In this document: positions 11,711 to 23,446 of the stretch, piece after piece
How positions within the stretch are numbered: the first letter of the stretch is position 1
Layout of the letters: every line of letters begins with the position of its first letter
Source of the DNA: an uncultured Methanosarcinaceae archaeon
GTDB taxonomy: Archaea > Halobacteriota > Methanosarcinia > Methanosarcinales > Methanosarcinaceae
DNA length: 64,000 nucleotides
Reading direction: 5' to 3'
Assembly (NCBI GenBank): GCA_963833425.1
Contig: CAWHXP010000003.1
Coordinates: 416,001-480,000, forward strand
Made by a program: the position numbers and the translations under genes
The notes under the pieces: generated by a model
Database searches by the model: none
Seen by the model: only the letters and a program-made list of their open reading frames with translations
What the model was told of the DNA's origin: nothing

Positions 11711-14700
11711 TTATGTCACAGTTATTGTAACTGTTGATATTTTTGTACTTGTACCAACTACATTGCTTGCTGTCAGTGTAGGGGTATAGATCCCTGCTGT
11801 ATTGTAAATATGCTCTGGGTTCTGTTGTGTAGAATTCGTTCCATCTCCAAAGTCCCAGTACCATGATGTTGGTTCTCCTGTAGTTCTATCAGTGAACTGT
11901 ACATCAAGTGGAACAGGACCTTCGGTTTGATTGATTCTGAAATGTGCATCAGGCATACTCATTGCAGTTATTGGAACTGTTGATATTTTTGTACTTGTAC
12001 CAACTACATTGCTTGCTGTCAGTGTAGGGATATAGATTCCTGCTGTATTGTAACTATGCTCTGGATTCTGTAGGGTAGAATTAGTTCCATCTCCAAAGTC
12101 CCAGTACCAAGACGTTGGTCCTCCTGTAGTTTTATCCGTGAACTGTACAGTAAGTGGAACAGTACCTTGGGTTTGATTGATTCTGAAATGTGCATCAAGA
12201 ATACCCTCTGTAGTTATTGGAACTGTTGATATCATCGTGTTTGTACCAGCTATATTGCCTGCTGTCAGTGTAGGGATATAGATTCCTGCTGTATTGTAAC
12301 TATGCTCTGGATTCTGTAGGGTAGAATTAGTTCCATCTCCAAAGCCCCAGTACCATGATGTTGGTGATCCTTTAGAGTTATCCGTGAACTGTACATCAAG
12401 TGGAACAGGACCTTGGGTTTGATTGATTCCGAAATTTGCAGAAGGCATACCAAGTACATTGATTGAAGCAGTAGCAGATGTTATATTATAGTCTACAAGA
12501 TCATCTGGTAGGAATAAAACATTCAGCAGTTGTTGACCTACACTCAATACATCCCCTGCTGGCAGAGTGTAAAAAAAGAATCCAGGTACTGAAGCTCCCG
12601 ATATTGGATCTAAAGCAGTTGCATCTAGCTGAATGTTGCTCAATGCTGTTCCATATGCTATGTTAGCAGGGTTACTCCAGGTAATTGTAGGAGTAGCTTG
12701 TGTCACATTTAGTGAAACACTATCTGTTGCTATAGTATAGTTTGCAGAATCAGTTGGCGTTAAAGTAGCATTCAAGGTATGGGTACCTACACCTAATATA
12801 GTTCCTGCTACTGGATTATAGCTAATAGGTCCAGGTACAGATCCAGTTGCATCTAGCTGAGTGTTGCTCAATGCTGTTCCATGGGTTATGTTAGCGGGGT
12901 TACTCCAAATAATTGTGGGAATCGCCTGGTTTACAGTGATCGAATTAGTAATTATCCTTCCACTAGTATAGTTTGTAGAATCACTTGGTGTGAAAGAAGC
13001 AATTAATGTCTGTTTACCAGCACTTAATACAGTTCCTATTTTTACTACAGTTCCAGTTGAATTTGTATAAACAAATGACCCAGCTAATGGTTTTCCATTG
13101 AATGTAGCACTTGCATCTAGCTGAACGTTGCTCAATGGTGTTCCATAGACTATGTCAGCAGGGTTATTCCAGGTAATTGTAGGAGTCGCTTGCTGTACAG
13201 ATATTTGAGATGTCATTGAACTTGTGCCGTTTGCGTTGCTTACAGTCTCATTGACGTTGTAGTTTCCTGCTGCAAAAGTATGAATGGGATTCTGCTGAGT
13301 TGAGTTCGCTCCATCACCAAAGTCCCAATTCCATCCGGTCGCATTTTCAGAAAGGTCTGTAAACTGCACAGAAAGAGGAGCATAACCACTGTTTACATCT
13401 GTGCTAAAGTTGGCAACAGGATAAATTGGTGTAAGAACCAAACCGACATCTAGATCAGTAACTGGTGGTGGGACAGATACCCCAATACTATTATTAAATT
13501 CATATCCAGGAGCTTCTACATGTACACGATAAGAGCCTGGAATAACGTCCCATTGATACATTCCATCTGCATCAGAAGTTAATGGATTTATATCGGGTTG
13601 AGCAATAGGTGGAGATTCACCTGTAGGAACATTCTCCCATGCTGTACCATTAGGCTGCTGCAGCCAAACAGATGCACCAGCTATACGTTCGAAGGTATTA
13701 GCATCATAAATATATCCCGCTGGGTCAACATAAATATTAAAGGTCACATTTTGAACACTACATCCATACACTGTATAATTTACTCTTGCATTGCCATGAT
13801 GTTGTGGGTAGAACGTTGTTGTGTAGGTCCAGTTTGGTGATCCTCCAGCCATACTTCCAACAACACTCGTACCGTCGTCAAATAGAATATCTATGTCTAC
13901 TCCCGTCGCAGCAGCACAGCTATTATACGAAAAGGTTGTCGGATTACCCCAATAAACAGAAAGTTGGCCTATTCCTCCATTATTTGGTTCAACTGTAACG
14001 TTTTGTGGAAGTGGATTTTGAATAACAGATGTATTGGCCTGTACTTTATTGGATGCGTAGAACCCAGAATATGACCCACTAATGTTGGCATTGTTAGTAA
14101 TCACAGTTCCAACTGGAACATCTTCCGGTATTTCAACTGTTAAGTTTTGGTAACCAGAATTATTTAGAGTGGACCCTATGTCCCATGTAATCGTTCCAGT
14201 AGAAGAGTCATAATTTCCGTTATTTGAAGCAGACACAAACGTAACATTGTTAGGTAATGTGTCTGTAAGAATTACATTTGAAACAGGTATCTGTGTATAA
14301 TTTGTGTAGTACAGCCAATATGTCATTGAAGTTCCGTTGTATGCACTCAATGGTACCTGTTTGGTGAGAACAAGTGGATTTAATACATTTATCGAAGCAT
14401 TCGCTGATGTTGTAGTATAGTTTGCAGTATCATTTGGCGTGAAAGTAGTATTCAATATCCATGTACCTCCACTTAGTACAGTCCCTGATGGCGGACTATA
14501 AACAAAGTTTCCAGATACTGTGGCTCCAGATACTGGATCTGAAGCAGATGCATCTAGCTGATCGTTGCTTAATGGTGTTCCATAGTATACATTAGGCGGA
14601 TTCCAGTTAATGATAGGAACCCCCTGTGTTACATTGATCGAAACATTTGCTGATGCTGTAGTATAGTTTGCAATATCTGTGGGTGTGAAAGTAGTATTTA

Positions 14701-17386
14701 GTCTCTGACCTGAACCCATATTCAGTATAGTTCCTGACGTTGGAGAGTAGACAAAGGTTCCAGGTACGGAAGCAGTTGCATCTAACTGAACGCTGCTTAG
14801 TGGCGTTCCATATGTTATGTCAGCAGGACTACTCCAGAAAATTGTAGGATTCGACTGTGTTGTATTGAGCACATTGATCAAAACAGTCGCTGATGCTGCA
14901 GTATAGTTTACCGTATCATTAGGCGTGAAAGTAGTATTCAATGCCTGATGCGAACCTGCATTCAATACAGTTCCTGCGACTGGATTATAGGAAAAGGTTC
15001 CAGGAACTGAAGCATTTGCATCTAGCTGAGTGCTATTTAATGCTGTTCCATATGTTATATCAGCAGGATTACTCCAGAAAACTGTAGGAGTCGCAGGTGT
15101 TACATTTATCGAAACATTCGCTGATGCTGTAGTATAGTCTGTAATATCAGTTGGCGTGAAGATAGTATTTAATGTATATGTACCTAGATCCAGTACAGTT
15201 CCTGAAGGTGGAGTGTAAACGAAAGTTCCTTGTATGCCCCATCCTCCATGTCCTCTGCCTCCTCTATGGTTGCCGCCGCCTGCAGGGGATATGGTTGCAT
15301 CTAGCTGAGTGTCGCTTAATGCTGTTCCGTAAGTTACGTTAGCAGGGTTACTCCAGATAATTGTAGGAGTTGACTGTGTAACATTGATCGAAACATTCGC
15401 TGATGCTGTAGTATAGTTTGCAATATCAGTCGGAGTGAAAGTAGTAGTTAATATCTGATTCAAACCTGCACTTAGTACAGTTCCTGATTGTGGAGTGTAG
15501 ACAAAAGTTCCAGGGACTGAAGCATTTGCATCTAACTGAACGTTGCTCAATGGTGTACCATAGATTATGTCAGCAGGATTGCTCCAGGTAATTGTAGGAG
15601 CCACTTTTACATTGATCGAAACTGTCGCTGACGCTGTAGTATAGTTTGCAGTATCATTTGGCGTGAAAGTAGCAGTTAATGTCTGATTCGAACCTGCACT
15701 TAGTATAGTTCCTGATGGTGGAATGTAAACAAAGGTTCCCTGTAAGTGCCGTTCTCCATGTCCTCCGCCAGTTCCTGAAGCATCTGCATTTAGCTGAATA
15801 TTGCTCAATGGCGTACCATAGGCTATATCAGCGGGATTACTCCAGATAATTGTAGGAGTCTCCTTTGTTACATTTATCGAAACATCTGCTGATGCTGTAG
15901 TATAGTTTGCAATATCAGTCGGTGTGAAAGTAGCAGTTAATGTCTGATTCGAACCTGCACTTAGTACAGTTCCTGGTGGTGGAGTGTAGATAAAGGTTCC
16001 AGGTACTGAAGCAATTGAATCTAGCTGAGTGCTGTTCAATGCTGTTCCATAGACTATATCAGCCGGGTTATTCCAGGTAATAGTAGGAGTCGACTGTGTT
16101 GTATTGATAACATTGATCGACACATTCGCTGACGTTGTAGTATAGTTTACAGTATCATTTGGCGTGAAAGTAGTACTTAAGGTCTGCTGCATGCCCACAT
16201 TTAGTACGGTTCCTGATGGTGGAGTGTAGATAAAGGTTCCAGGTACTAAAGCTCTAGATATTGGATCTAAAGCATCTGCATTTAACTGTGTGCTGTTCAA
16301 TGGTGTTCCATAGACTATGTCAGCAGGATTATCCCAGGTAATTGTAGGAGTTATTAGCCTGGGGCCTATAAATTGGCCAAGAGCATATGGATAGCTTCCT
16401 ACATTCACGGTGTCTGTAACAGTATTTGGAGTAGTTGTTGTGTCAATTACAGAGACATCTCCAGGGTAATCTTCCCAATTTGCTACATATACCTTTTTTC
16501 CATCCGGAGTGACTGAAACTCCTTCAGGCCAATGTCCTACATTTACACTTGTAACATTATTTGGTGTAGTTGTGGTGTCAATTACAGAAACAGTATTGAT
16601 GCCTGCATTCGCTACATATACTTTTTTTCCATCCTGACTAACTGCAACTCCTAAAGGATTGCTACCTACAGGAATACTTGTAACATTATTTGATATAGTT
16701 CTAGTGTCAATTACAGAAACATTGCTACTCATAAAGTTACCCACATATACCTTTTTTCCATCTGGGCTGACTGCAACTCCAAAAGGATTGCTGCCAACAG
16801 GCACTGTGGCTGTAACATTCTCTATGCCTGTGTCAATTACAGAAACAGTGCCGTCGTTCCAATTTGTCACATATACATTTGTTCCATCTTGTGTGACTGC
16901 AACTCCTTCAGGACCACTTCCCACAGGCACCGTGGCTGTAACATTCTCTGTGCCGGTATCAATTACAGAAACAGTGTTACTGGCCTCGTTCGCCACATAT
17001 ACTTTTTTTCCATCAGAAGTGGCTGCAACTCCCATAGGCATATATCCTACAGGCACTGTGGCTATAACATTCTCTGTGGCGGTGTCAATCACAGAGACAG
17101 TCCAGTCTCCCCAATTTGTCACATATGCTTTTGTTCCATCTTTGGTGACTGCAACTCCTTCAGGCAAGGTTCCTACAGATACACTGGCTGTAACATTGTC
17201 TGTGGCTGTGTCAATTACAGAGACATTATCGCTTTCCCAATTTGTAATGTATGCAAATGGCGCTGCGCCTGCAGTACTCACTAGCATAAAAACCAAAACT
17301 ATTAAAACGATGGCTATCGAAAACAATTTGTTTTTATGGATCATATATTCCAACTCTCTTACTTTTGATAATAAATTAGTCGTCAT
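11711..17386 (-). CDS. Large secreted surface protein: YVTN beta-propeller, 11 PT(I/V)xW Ig-like repeats, DUF11-like and carboxypeptidase-regulatory-like domains, 4 PKD domains
   Basis: Signal peptide ending STAGA; about 7 YV(T/A)N blades; WxNPADIxYGTxL repeats; WYWDFGDG PKD motifs. Likely start MIHKNK at 17344. Confidence 0.92.
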   Translation of the reverse strand: MTTNLLSKVRELEYMIHKNKLFSIAIVLIVLVFMLVSTAGAAPFAYITNWESDNVSVIDTATDNVTASVSVGTLPEGVAVTKDGTKAYVTNWGDWTVSVIDTATENVIATVPVGYMPMGVAATSDGKKVYVANEASNTVSVIDTGTENVTATVPVGSGPEGVAVTQDGTNVYVTNWNDGTVSVIDTGIENVTATVPVGSNPFGVAVSPDGKKVYVGNFMSSNVSVIDTRTISNNVTSIPVGSNPLGVAVSQDGKKVYVANAGINTVSVIDTTTTPNNVTSVNVGHWPEGVSVTPDGKKVYVANWEDYPGDVSVIDTTTTPNTVTDTVNVGSYPYALGQFIGPRLITPTITWDNPADIVYGTPLNSTQLNADALDPISRALVPGTFIYTPPSGTVLNVGMQQTLSTTFTPNDTVNYTTTSANVSINVINTTQSTPTITWNNPADIVYGTALNSTQLDSIASVPGTFIYTPPPGTVLSAGSNQTLTATFTPTDIANYTTASADVSINVTKETPTIIWSNPADIAYGTPLSNIQLNADASGTGGGHGERHLQGTFVYIPPSGTILSAGSNQTLTATFTPNDTANYTTASATVSINVKVAPTITWSNPADIIYGTPLSNVQLDANASVPGTFVYTPQSGTVLSAGLNQILTTTFTPTDIANYTTASANVSINVTQSTPTIIWSNPANVTYGTALSDTQLDATISPAGGGNHRGGRGHGGWGIQGTFVYTPPSGTVLDLGTYTLNTIFTPTDITDYTTASANVSINVTPATPTVFWSNPADITYGTALNSTQLDANASVPGTFSYNPVAGTVLNAGSHQALNTTFTPNDTVNYTAASATVLINVLNTTQSNPTIFWSSPADITYGTPLSSVQLDATASVPGTFVYSPTSGTILNMGSGQRLNTTFTPTDIANYTTASANVSINVTQGVPIINWNPPNVYYGTPLSNDQLDASASDPVSGATVSGNFVYSPPSGTVLSGGTWILNTTFTPNDTANYTTTSANASINVLNPLVLTKQVPLSAYNGTSMTYWLYYTNYTQIPVSNVILTDTLPNNVTFVSASNNGNYDSSTGTITWDIGSTLNNSGYQNLTVEIPEDVPVGTVITNNANISGSYSGFYASNKVQANTSVIQNPLPQNVTVEPNNGGIGQLSVYWGNPTTFSYNSCAAATGVDIDILFDDGTSVVGSMAGGSPNWTYTTTFYPQHHGNARVNYTVYGCSVQNVTFNIYVDPAGYIYDANTFERIAGASVWLQQPNGTAWENVPTGESPPIAQPDINPLTSDADGMYQWDVIPGSYRVHVEAPGYEFNNSIGVSVPPPVTDLDVGLVLTPIYPVANFSTDVNSGYAPLSVQFTDLSENATGWNWDFGDGANSTQQNPIHTFAAGNYNVNETVSNANGTSSMTSQISVQQATPTITWNNPADIVYGTPLSNVQLDASATFNGKPLAGSFVYTNSTGTVVKIGTVLSAGKQTLIASFTPSDSTNYTSGRIITNSITVNQAIPTIIWSNPANITHGTALSNTQLDATGSVPGPISYNPVAGTILGVGTHTLNATLTPTDSANYTIATDSVSLNVTQATPTITWSNPANIAYGTALSNIQLDATALDPISGASVPGFFFYTLPAGDVLSVGQQLLNVLFLPDDLVDYNITSATASINVLGMPSANFGINQTQGPVPLDVQFTDNSKGSPTSWYWGFGDGTNSTLQNPEHSYNTAGIYIPTLTAGNIAGTNTMISTVPITTEGILDAHFRINQTQGTVPLTVQFTDKTTGGPTSWYWDFGDGTNSTLQNPEHSYNTAGIYIPTLTASNVVGTSTKISTVPITAMSMPDAHFRINQTEGPVPLDVQFTDRTTGEPTSWYWDFGDGTNSTQQNPEHIYNTAGIYTPTLTASNVVGTSTKISTVTITVT

Positions 17387-18159
17387 CTGGTTGTAAATAC
17401 GAAATTTGTTATTTCACTATTCATTCATTTATTTTGATTAAAATCAACATCAATCGAAAGGATAGTATAATTAAATTAGAAGTGATGGCTTGAAAAGGAT
17501 TGACTTTATAAAATTTTTTACATTTACTAAGAATTTATAGATAATATACTTATCTATGTTTTTACCAAAGAAGGAATCTACATATTATTCTGTTAACATT
17601 ATTTTGTTCGTTCATGTTACCCACGAGTGATTTGAAAAATCGGTAGTTTTCTATTATTTTATTAATATTAATTTTTGGATATAAAAATATGTAAAAAATG
17701 ATGTATTCTACCCTGATAGGTATTTTGCAAAACACGAAGAATATAGATATAGCAACTTTTCGGCTATTTGAATTGACATATATTTTAAAAAAAGCTATGT
17801 ATTTCCTGCACAATCAGGTAAAAATATCCCCGGATTTAGGGTTAAAAAGTAGAAGATGCAGAGTTTTTGGCACAAAAAAAAACTGTGCATAAGTGAAACT
17901 CTAAAAACAGAAGTTGGGTCAGTACAACTATTGACTCTAAATCTTGATTTTTGCAGTGAAGGATGTTGTAAAGAATAAATTAAATTTAAAAAGACAACTA
18001 CATTTTTGATAATAGATTTTGTAATAGCTTATTTTGCAGCTACAGCATGAAGCTTAAGCTACAGCGACGGTAAATGTAGCGCCGATGACTGTGGTATGAG
18101 AAGTGGTAACTTCAGTCCTGGCAGGAGCTTCCACATTTTACCATATTATTTCACATCTG

Positions 18160-19239
18160 TTATTCTTCTGGAATGGATTCATACAGTTTTCTTCTTTCTA
18201 TAGGCATGGATTTGATATACTCTTCTGCTTCTTCCGGAGATACAACTCTACGGGTTCCATCAGGTTCCTGTATGATCACACCGCTTTCTATTAGCATCTT
18301 GTATCTTGCTTTTCGGACTTCCTTGTCAGGATGACAGACTAAATGGCAGTTGGAACAGGTGTATTCCATCCGGGATCCTGGAATCAAACATATATAAAAT
18401 CCACCTTTGAACTTCGGTCTGCCGAGATATGCTTGTGTAGCAGTGGGTATTGCAGCAATGAAATCTTCATCTTTTTCGGGGATTTTAAAGCGTGCTGGAG
18501 ACCATGTGGACCATTTTCCTGTGGCATTCAAACCTGTAAGACCGCCGCAGATAAGGAAACAGCGGCTATTACTTCTTCGCTTTCCGTAACTAAACTCCTT
18601 TCCACCAAGGGTTACAGTAACTTTCTCAATTGGATCCACATAACCAGATGAACATACTGAAAGGCAGAGCCTGCATTCGTCACAATAGTTTTCTTCTTCT
18701 GGCAAGGGGTCTGTTGGGATAAGTTCCGCATCCGTAACTACTGAGGCCAGAACAATAGCGGATCCATATTCCTTTGTAATAATATTCCCTGAATATCCAA
18801 AATGCCCGATCCCGGAGCGTACTGCCAGATACCTATGAGAAATGGGGGGGTGCATATCTAGAAGCCAATTTTCTGTATCCCTTCGATAAACGAAATTTGC
18901 AGACTGTGGGACAGCTTTGTATCCAGATTGTTTCAAGAAATCTGCCATCTCAAGTGCTATTCCATTTGCAAGGGTAGTAGTTCGTACCTTATTAGTTTCA
19001 AGGGATTCATGATCCATTTTTCTGAAATAAGGTTCGATAAGGTCCTGATCAAAAGCCAGGGCAAAACAGACAGCAGATTTTGCTTCTGGAAGCACATAGG
19101 TCAGGTCGGCAGAAGGAGGACCGCCTAAAAGGGTTTCGGTCGTTGCAATGCCTACTTTGAAGGCTCCAAGGGTCAGAGCCATCTCTTTTAAAGTTTCAGT
19201 CAATTCTATTATTTTAGATTTATCTGTTAACTCTTCCAC
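18160..19239 (-). CDS. Epoxyqueuosine-reductase/reductive-dehalogenase-like cobalamin Fe-S protein
   Basis: ISHRYLAVRSGIGHFGYSG, YGSAIVLASVVTDAEL, CDECRLCLSVC and CSNCHLVC. Confidence 0.8.
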   Translation of the reverse strand: MEELTDKSKIIELTETLKEMALTLGAFKVGIATTETLLGGPPSADLTYVLPEAKSAVCFALAFDQDLIEPYFRKMDHESLETNKVRTTTLANGIALEMADFLKQSGYKAVPQSANFVYRRDTENWLLDMHPPISHRYLAVRSGIGHFGYSGNIITKEYGSAIVLASVVTDAELIPTDPLPEEENYCDECRLCLSVCSSGYVDPIEKVTVTLGGKEFSYGKRRSNSRCFLICGGLTGLNATGKWSTWSPARFKIPEKDEDFIAAIPTATQAYLGRPKFKGGFYICLIPGSRMEYTCSNCHLVCHPDKEVRKARYKMLIESGVIIQEPDGTRRVVSPEEAEEYIKSMPIERRKLYESIPEE

Positions 19240-19572
19240 TTTTGATTCCCCAGTAGAATTATTAGAGCATATTAGATTTAGAATAATTTATAGGCTATAA
19301 TTGAAATCTCTTTAATTTATATTAAAATATTCTCTTTTTCTAGAGTTATAGTTCAATAACTTTATAGACAGTTTTGTGCATGACCATCCCTAATCTAAAA
19401 TTAAGAAAGTGAATTATTTCACTAATCTATAAACTTAATTTGGATAAATATTCTATATTCATTTTAGTGTCATTTTCAATACTCTGTGTTAGAATGCTTA
19501 GAAAAAACGTGAGACTAAATAAGTGAGAAAAAAATCTCAAAAATTGTATCTAGAGTTATATGAGTTATATAC

Positions 19573-20347
19573 GGTTCCGTTGCAAAAATTGTCCTATTAA
19601 ACGTAAGGCGGTATCTAAAATTCCCATTAAGCTATCGGAATTTAAAGGAAATGATGATAGAAAAAGGAGTACAAGTTGATCATACTACTCTAATGAGATG
19701 GGTGCATCAATATTCTCCTGAGATCGAAAAGAAGGTGCGTAGATACTTAAAGCCAACCACCGACTCTTGGAGAGTTGACGAAACCTACATCAAGGTAAAG
19801 AGTGAATGGAAATATCTTTACAGAGCAGTTGATTCAACTGGAAGCACAGTTGATTTTATGCTAAGTGCAAAGCGTGATAAAACTGCTGCGGAACGTTTTT
19901 TTAAGAAAGCTTTGAGTTCTAATCATAATCAAATTCCAAAGGTAATAACTGTAGATAAAAATCTAGCTTTATCCATCTGCAATAAGTGAACTCAAAAATG
20001 ACAAAGTACTACCTAAAAACGTAAACCTTCGGCAAATCAAGTATTTGAATAATGTTGTTGAACAGGATCATAGATCTATAAAACGGATAATTCGTCCAAT
20101 GTTAGGCTTTCAGTCTTTTTGTACAGCTATCAAGACTTAAAAAGGAATTGAAATCATGCATATGATAAGAAAAGGACAGATTGATGCTCTAAATCGATGT
20201 GTTCTTTCTGAAGTAAATTTTATAAATAAGTTATTTGGAATAACTGTCTAAATCTAAATGTTATCTGAGAAATATTTTGCATTTTTATGTTTTTTTGCTG
20301 TAAACTAAAGTTTTTACTTCAATAGTAGGATTTTTTGCAACAGAACC
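19573..20347 (+). mobile_element. IS6-family element with internal deletion and frameshifted transposase
   Basis: TIRs ggttccgttgcaaaaa / ttttttgcaacagaacc; WRVDETYIKV..WKYLYRAVD and YLNNVVEQDHR motifs. Confidence 0.92.
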
Positions 20348-21051
20348 CAGTACTTTAGATTCAAGCTTGCTTATTATACAATTAGAAAAAAAATGATTTC
20401 ATTTTAAGCCATGCTTTTATTTGAAAGATTGCTATCATAATTTTATCTTTGAGATTCTGCAGCTTCTGACACCATAGGGGTATCCTATAGAAGCCAGTAG
20501 CAGTGAATAAATGAAGTGTTATGAGCATAAGTGATGCACAAAAAAAAATAGATCTTGTAAGTTGTGAGTAAGACATACTATTTATCGAAGAGATCTTTGA
20601 TATTTTTTTGCTTTTAGACGCATAACTACACTCCTACATTCAAACATTTTATTTTTGCATTTATGCAATAGTGCATTTATGGATCATTGTATAATTGAAT
20701 GTGATAAAATATATATCTTTTGGATTAAAGATACATATAAAAATTTCAACTATATAGTTTATAGATATTGTACTATAAATATATTAGGTCTATGAACAGG
20801 GGCAGCAACTCTTTCACTATTAGCCAGAAATGAAATTTCATCAAACCTGGTATTTCAGAAGATTTTTCAGAGACTTTATTACTAACCTTCAGAAGCCTTG
20901 ACAACGGCTGAAAACATTGATAGAATATGTGCAATCTTTTGGTTTTAGTACTTCTAAGTAAGTATTAGAACATGTGAGAACCTATAAATTCAATTCTTAA
21001 TTAAAAAGCTAAAAATCACTAAATTTTAGAACTTAGTAGACAGGTGAAATA

Positions 21052-21376
21052 ATGTCTGAACAATTAAAAGCCAAGAAACTAAAGCTAGAAGATTTGATTG
21101 AATACCAAGAAGAGTCCGTTGTAAGTAGAGAAATTATCCATAAAAACACAGGAACCGTATCCATATTTGCCTTCGATAAAGGAGAAGGATTAAGTGAACA
21201 TACTGCTCCCTTCGATGCCATAGTTCAGGTAATAGATGGAAAAGCCGAAATAACTATCTCAGGGAATAAAAATGTTCTAGAGAAGGGGGGATATGATTAT
21301 ATTACCTGCCAACGAAGCTCACGCACTCAACGCAATTGAAAGGTTCAAAATGGTTCTAACCATGATCCGTTCTTAA
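21052..21376 (+). pseudogene. Cupin-domain protein with +1 frameshift in a G6 run (21285-21290)
   Basis: FDKGEGLSEHTAPFDAIVQVIDG; removing one G restores GDMIILPANEAHALNAIERFKMVLTMIRS*. Confidence 0.8.
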
Positions 21377-21776
21377 TATTATAGTTTACATCAAAATTAC
21401 TCAGTTCCAAAACTACCATGAAATTCTCCGAATAACAGGTACAAACAAATGAAAGTACATATCAACCTAGCTTTGCAAAAGCTCCAAATTTTGTAATTAA
21501 CTATCTGATGATTCATAAATCCTTAAATAAAAAAATCTTATTATTTTTGCTGAAACTGAGAAATACATAGATTTTATAGCAAAAACTATGCATCAGTGAA
21601 ACCAAAAAGATCCTTTTTTGTAATGAAAGAATAGTATGGAAAACAGTTATTTTCACAGAACTTTTAATACGCTGTATTCAGCCAAGAATGCATCCTTTCT
21701 CCACATCATCGCCTTATCCTTTAAATCTAGTATCCCTTGGAGTCTTGTGTTTTCTTTTCAATACTACTTATTTGCA

Positions 21777-22232
21777 TTAGGACTGAAAAATAAGCATGGT
21801 CATTTCTATAAATACTGTACAGATGAGCATAAATATGGGATATATACAAAAAATATAAACTATATGACTAATGTTATAATCTATTGGAGCAATAATGGGT
21901 ATTCCATTGATTAAAATACTTATTAAAAAAAAGTTTCCCATTGTGAAAAAAGCCGCATATATATAAGAATAAAAAAATGATATTACTTCTTGTTTATATG
22001 TCTTCAGTGACTCAGTATAGTCTTCTGTATCTTGTAAATGTACAGAGCTAATCGGAAAAACTGATGGAAAATTAGCTGTGAGTTTGATTACTGCTAGAGT
22101 CACAAGCGTTAGAAAATAGGATGGATAACTAATTTGATATAGGTCTATTTTATTTTGTCCAAATATATTAAAAACTGAAAAAGAATAGGTCATCATAAGA
22201 ATAGGGGATAAATATAGATTAATTGTAAACAC
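21777..22232 (-). CDS. Hypothetical membrane protein, possibly a truncated gene
   Basis: 151-aa ORF with several hydrophobic segments; no family recognised. Confidence 0.4.
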   Translation of the reverse strand: MFTINLYLSPILMMTYSFSVFNIFGQNKIDLYQISYPSYFLTLVTLAVIKLTANFPSVFPISSVHLQDTEDYTESLKTYKQEVISFFYSYIYAAFFTMGNFFLISILINGIPIIAPIDYNISHIVYIFCIYPIFMLICTVFIEMTMLIFQS

Positions 22233-22479
22233 TTTGTGAATTTTTTTCAGAAAACGATTCTAGTCCATCTTTTTAAGATCTAAGAAATCCCATCGTTTTC
22301 CTGGTAAATTAACATTATGATAAATTCCCAATAAAGATACTTTCTCTAATAGAATTCCATAATAAAAGTGGTATGTCCATACCGAAGCTGCAAACAAAAA
22401 AAACAACTTTAAGTAACTCATAATTAAAAACATTCAGCATACCTCAGAAAATACTTTCAGTCATATTAATAAAATATTG

Positions 22480-22657
22480 GGTTCCGTTGCAAAAACTTGA
22501 GAATAAGTATATAAACCTATGACTAATGGACAAAAATCAAGATCTTCGAGGAACATTATCAATATTGTAAATATGTTTCAAATAGTTGATTTATATATTT
22601 GACTTCACCAAGAACAGAATATTAAATTTTTGACTTACATCTTTAACCATAATTGCT
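22480..22657 (-). mobile_element. IS6 right-end remnant
   Basis: Reverse complement aligns with the last ~180 bp of the IS6 ending at 58100, including the TIR. Confidence 0.75.
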
Positions 22658-22699
22658 GAAAATATCCAAAGTAATACACAGATTTCATCACAAAAACTG

Positions 22700-22874
22700 T
22701 GTATATTATATCGCAGGTGCGACGCAAGAATCGGCGAGTTGGGTTACTAAAGGACTTGCTCATTTTGATTTAAATAAATATGATGAATCAATAAAAGCGT
22801 TTGAAAAAGCAATTGAAATTGACCCACAAAATACAGATGCTTGGATCTATAAATACGATTATCAGGCTGCATAG
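22700..22874 (+). pseudogene. TPR-protein remnant
   Basis: IAGATQESASWVTKGLAHFDLNKYDESIKAFEKAIEIDPQNTDAW. Confidence 0.65.
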
Positions 22875-23015
22875 ATCATTTATTTAGAATATCCAGGTAA
22901 AAAACCTGGACATCGAAACTACTTTAAAATAATTTGTTGATGATGTAGAATTTTGGATTTCGGTTGTAGAAGGTCCACTAGTATACACATTGGGTTCACC
23001 GCCGTACCCATTAGG

Positions 23016-23246
23016 TTAATTGCTAAACATCGGGCTGCTAGACATTGGTCCAGGGATCATAGGAATTACAGTACCGCCATAACCACCATAACCAGGTCCG
23101 CCATAGTTATTTCTGTCACCAATGTGATCGTCTTCATTGTGCTCTTCCTTCTTGGTTGGCTGTTTATAGCGAACTAACGCAACTGTTAATGGTGAACTTA
23201 TTGGGTTGTTGTTGAATAAGCCTTTTGCATATGCTGCATTGGTCAC
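23016..23246 (-). CDS. Hypothetical protein with a Gly/Tyr/Pro-rich tail
   Basis: Start overlaps the upstream ORF stop; YGGPGYGGYGG. Confidence 0.35.
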   Translation of the reverse strand: MTNAAYAKGLFNNNPISSPLTVALVRYKQPTKKEEHNEDDHIGDRNNYGGPGYGGYGGTVIPMIPGPMSSSPMFSN

Positions 23247-23446
23247 AGAACCTGCACTTCGCTTCGATTGAAAGAAGAGTCTTTGAGTTTATTCTTGTAA
23301 TTTTCAAAAAGAGCTCTTTGAACTTGTTCGTTACGATACGTGTCCAACGTCATAAACACATATCCAGCCGATAACAGTATGTTAGCTTCTGTGAGGATCT
23401 TGGCAACGCTTGCTCTCACAAAACTTGTAAGTAACGAACCTTTCAA
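23243..23446 (-). CDS. Hypothetical protein, may be a fragment of a longer gene
   Basis: 4-nt overlaps with both neighbours. Confidence 0.35.
   Translation of the reverse strand: MKGSLLTSFVRASVAKILTEANILLSAGYVFMTLDTYRNEQVQRALFENYKNKLKDSSFNRSEVQVL

Noticed and set aside
16659..17396. 245-aa plus-strand ORF, and likewise 32077-32724
   Set aside because: Antisense shadows of repetitive YVTN and TPR genes.
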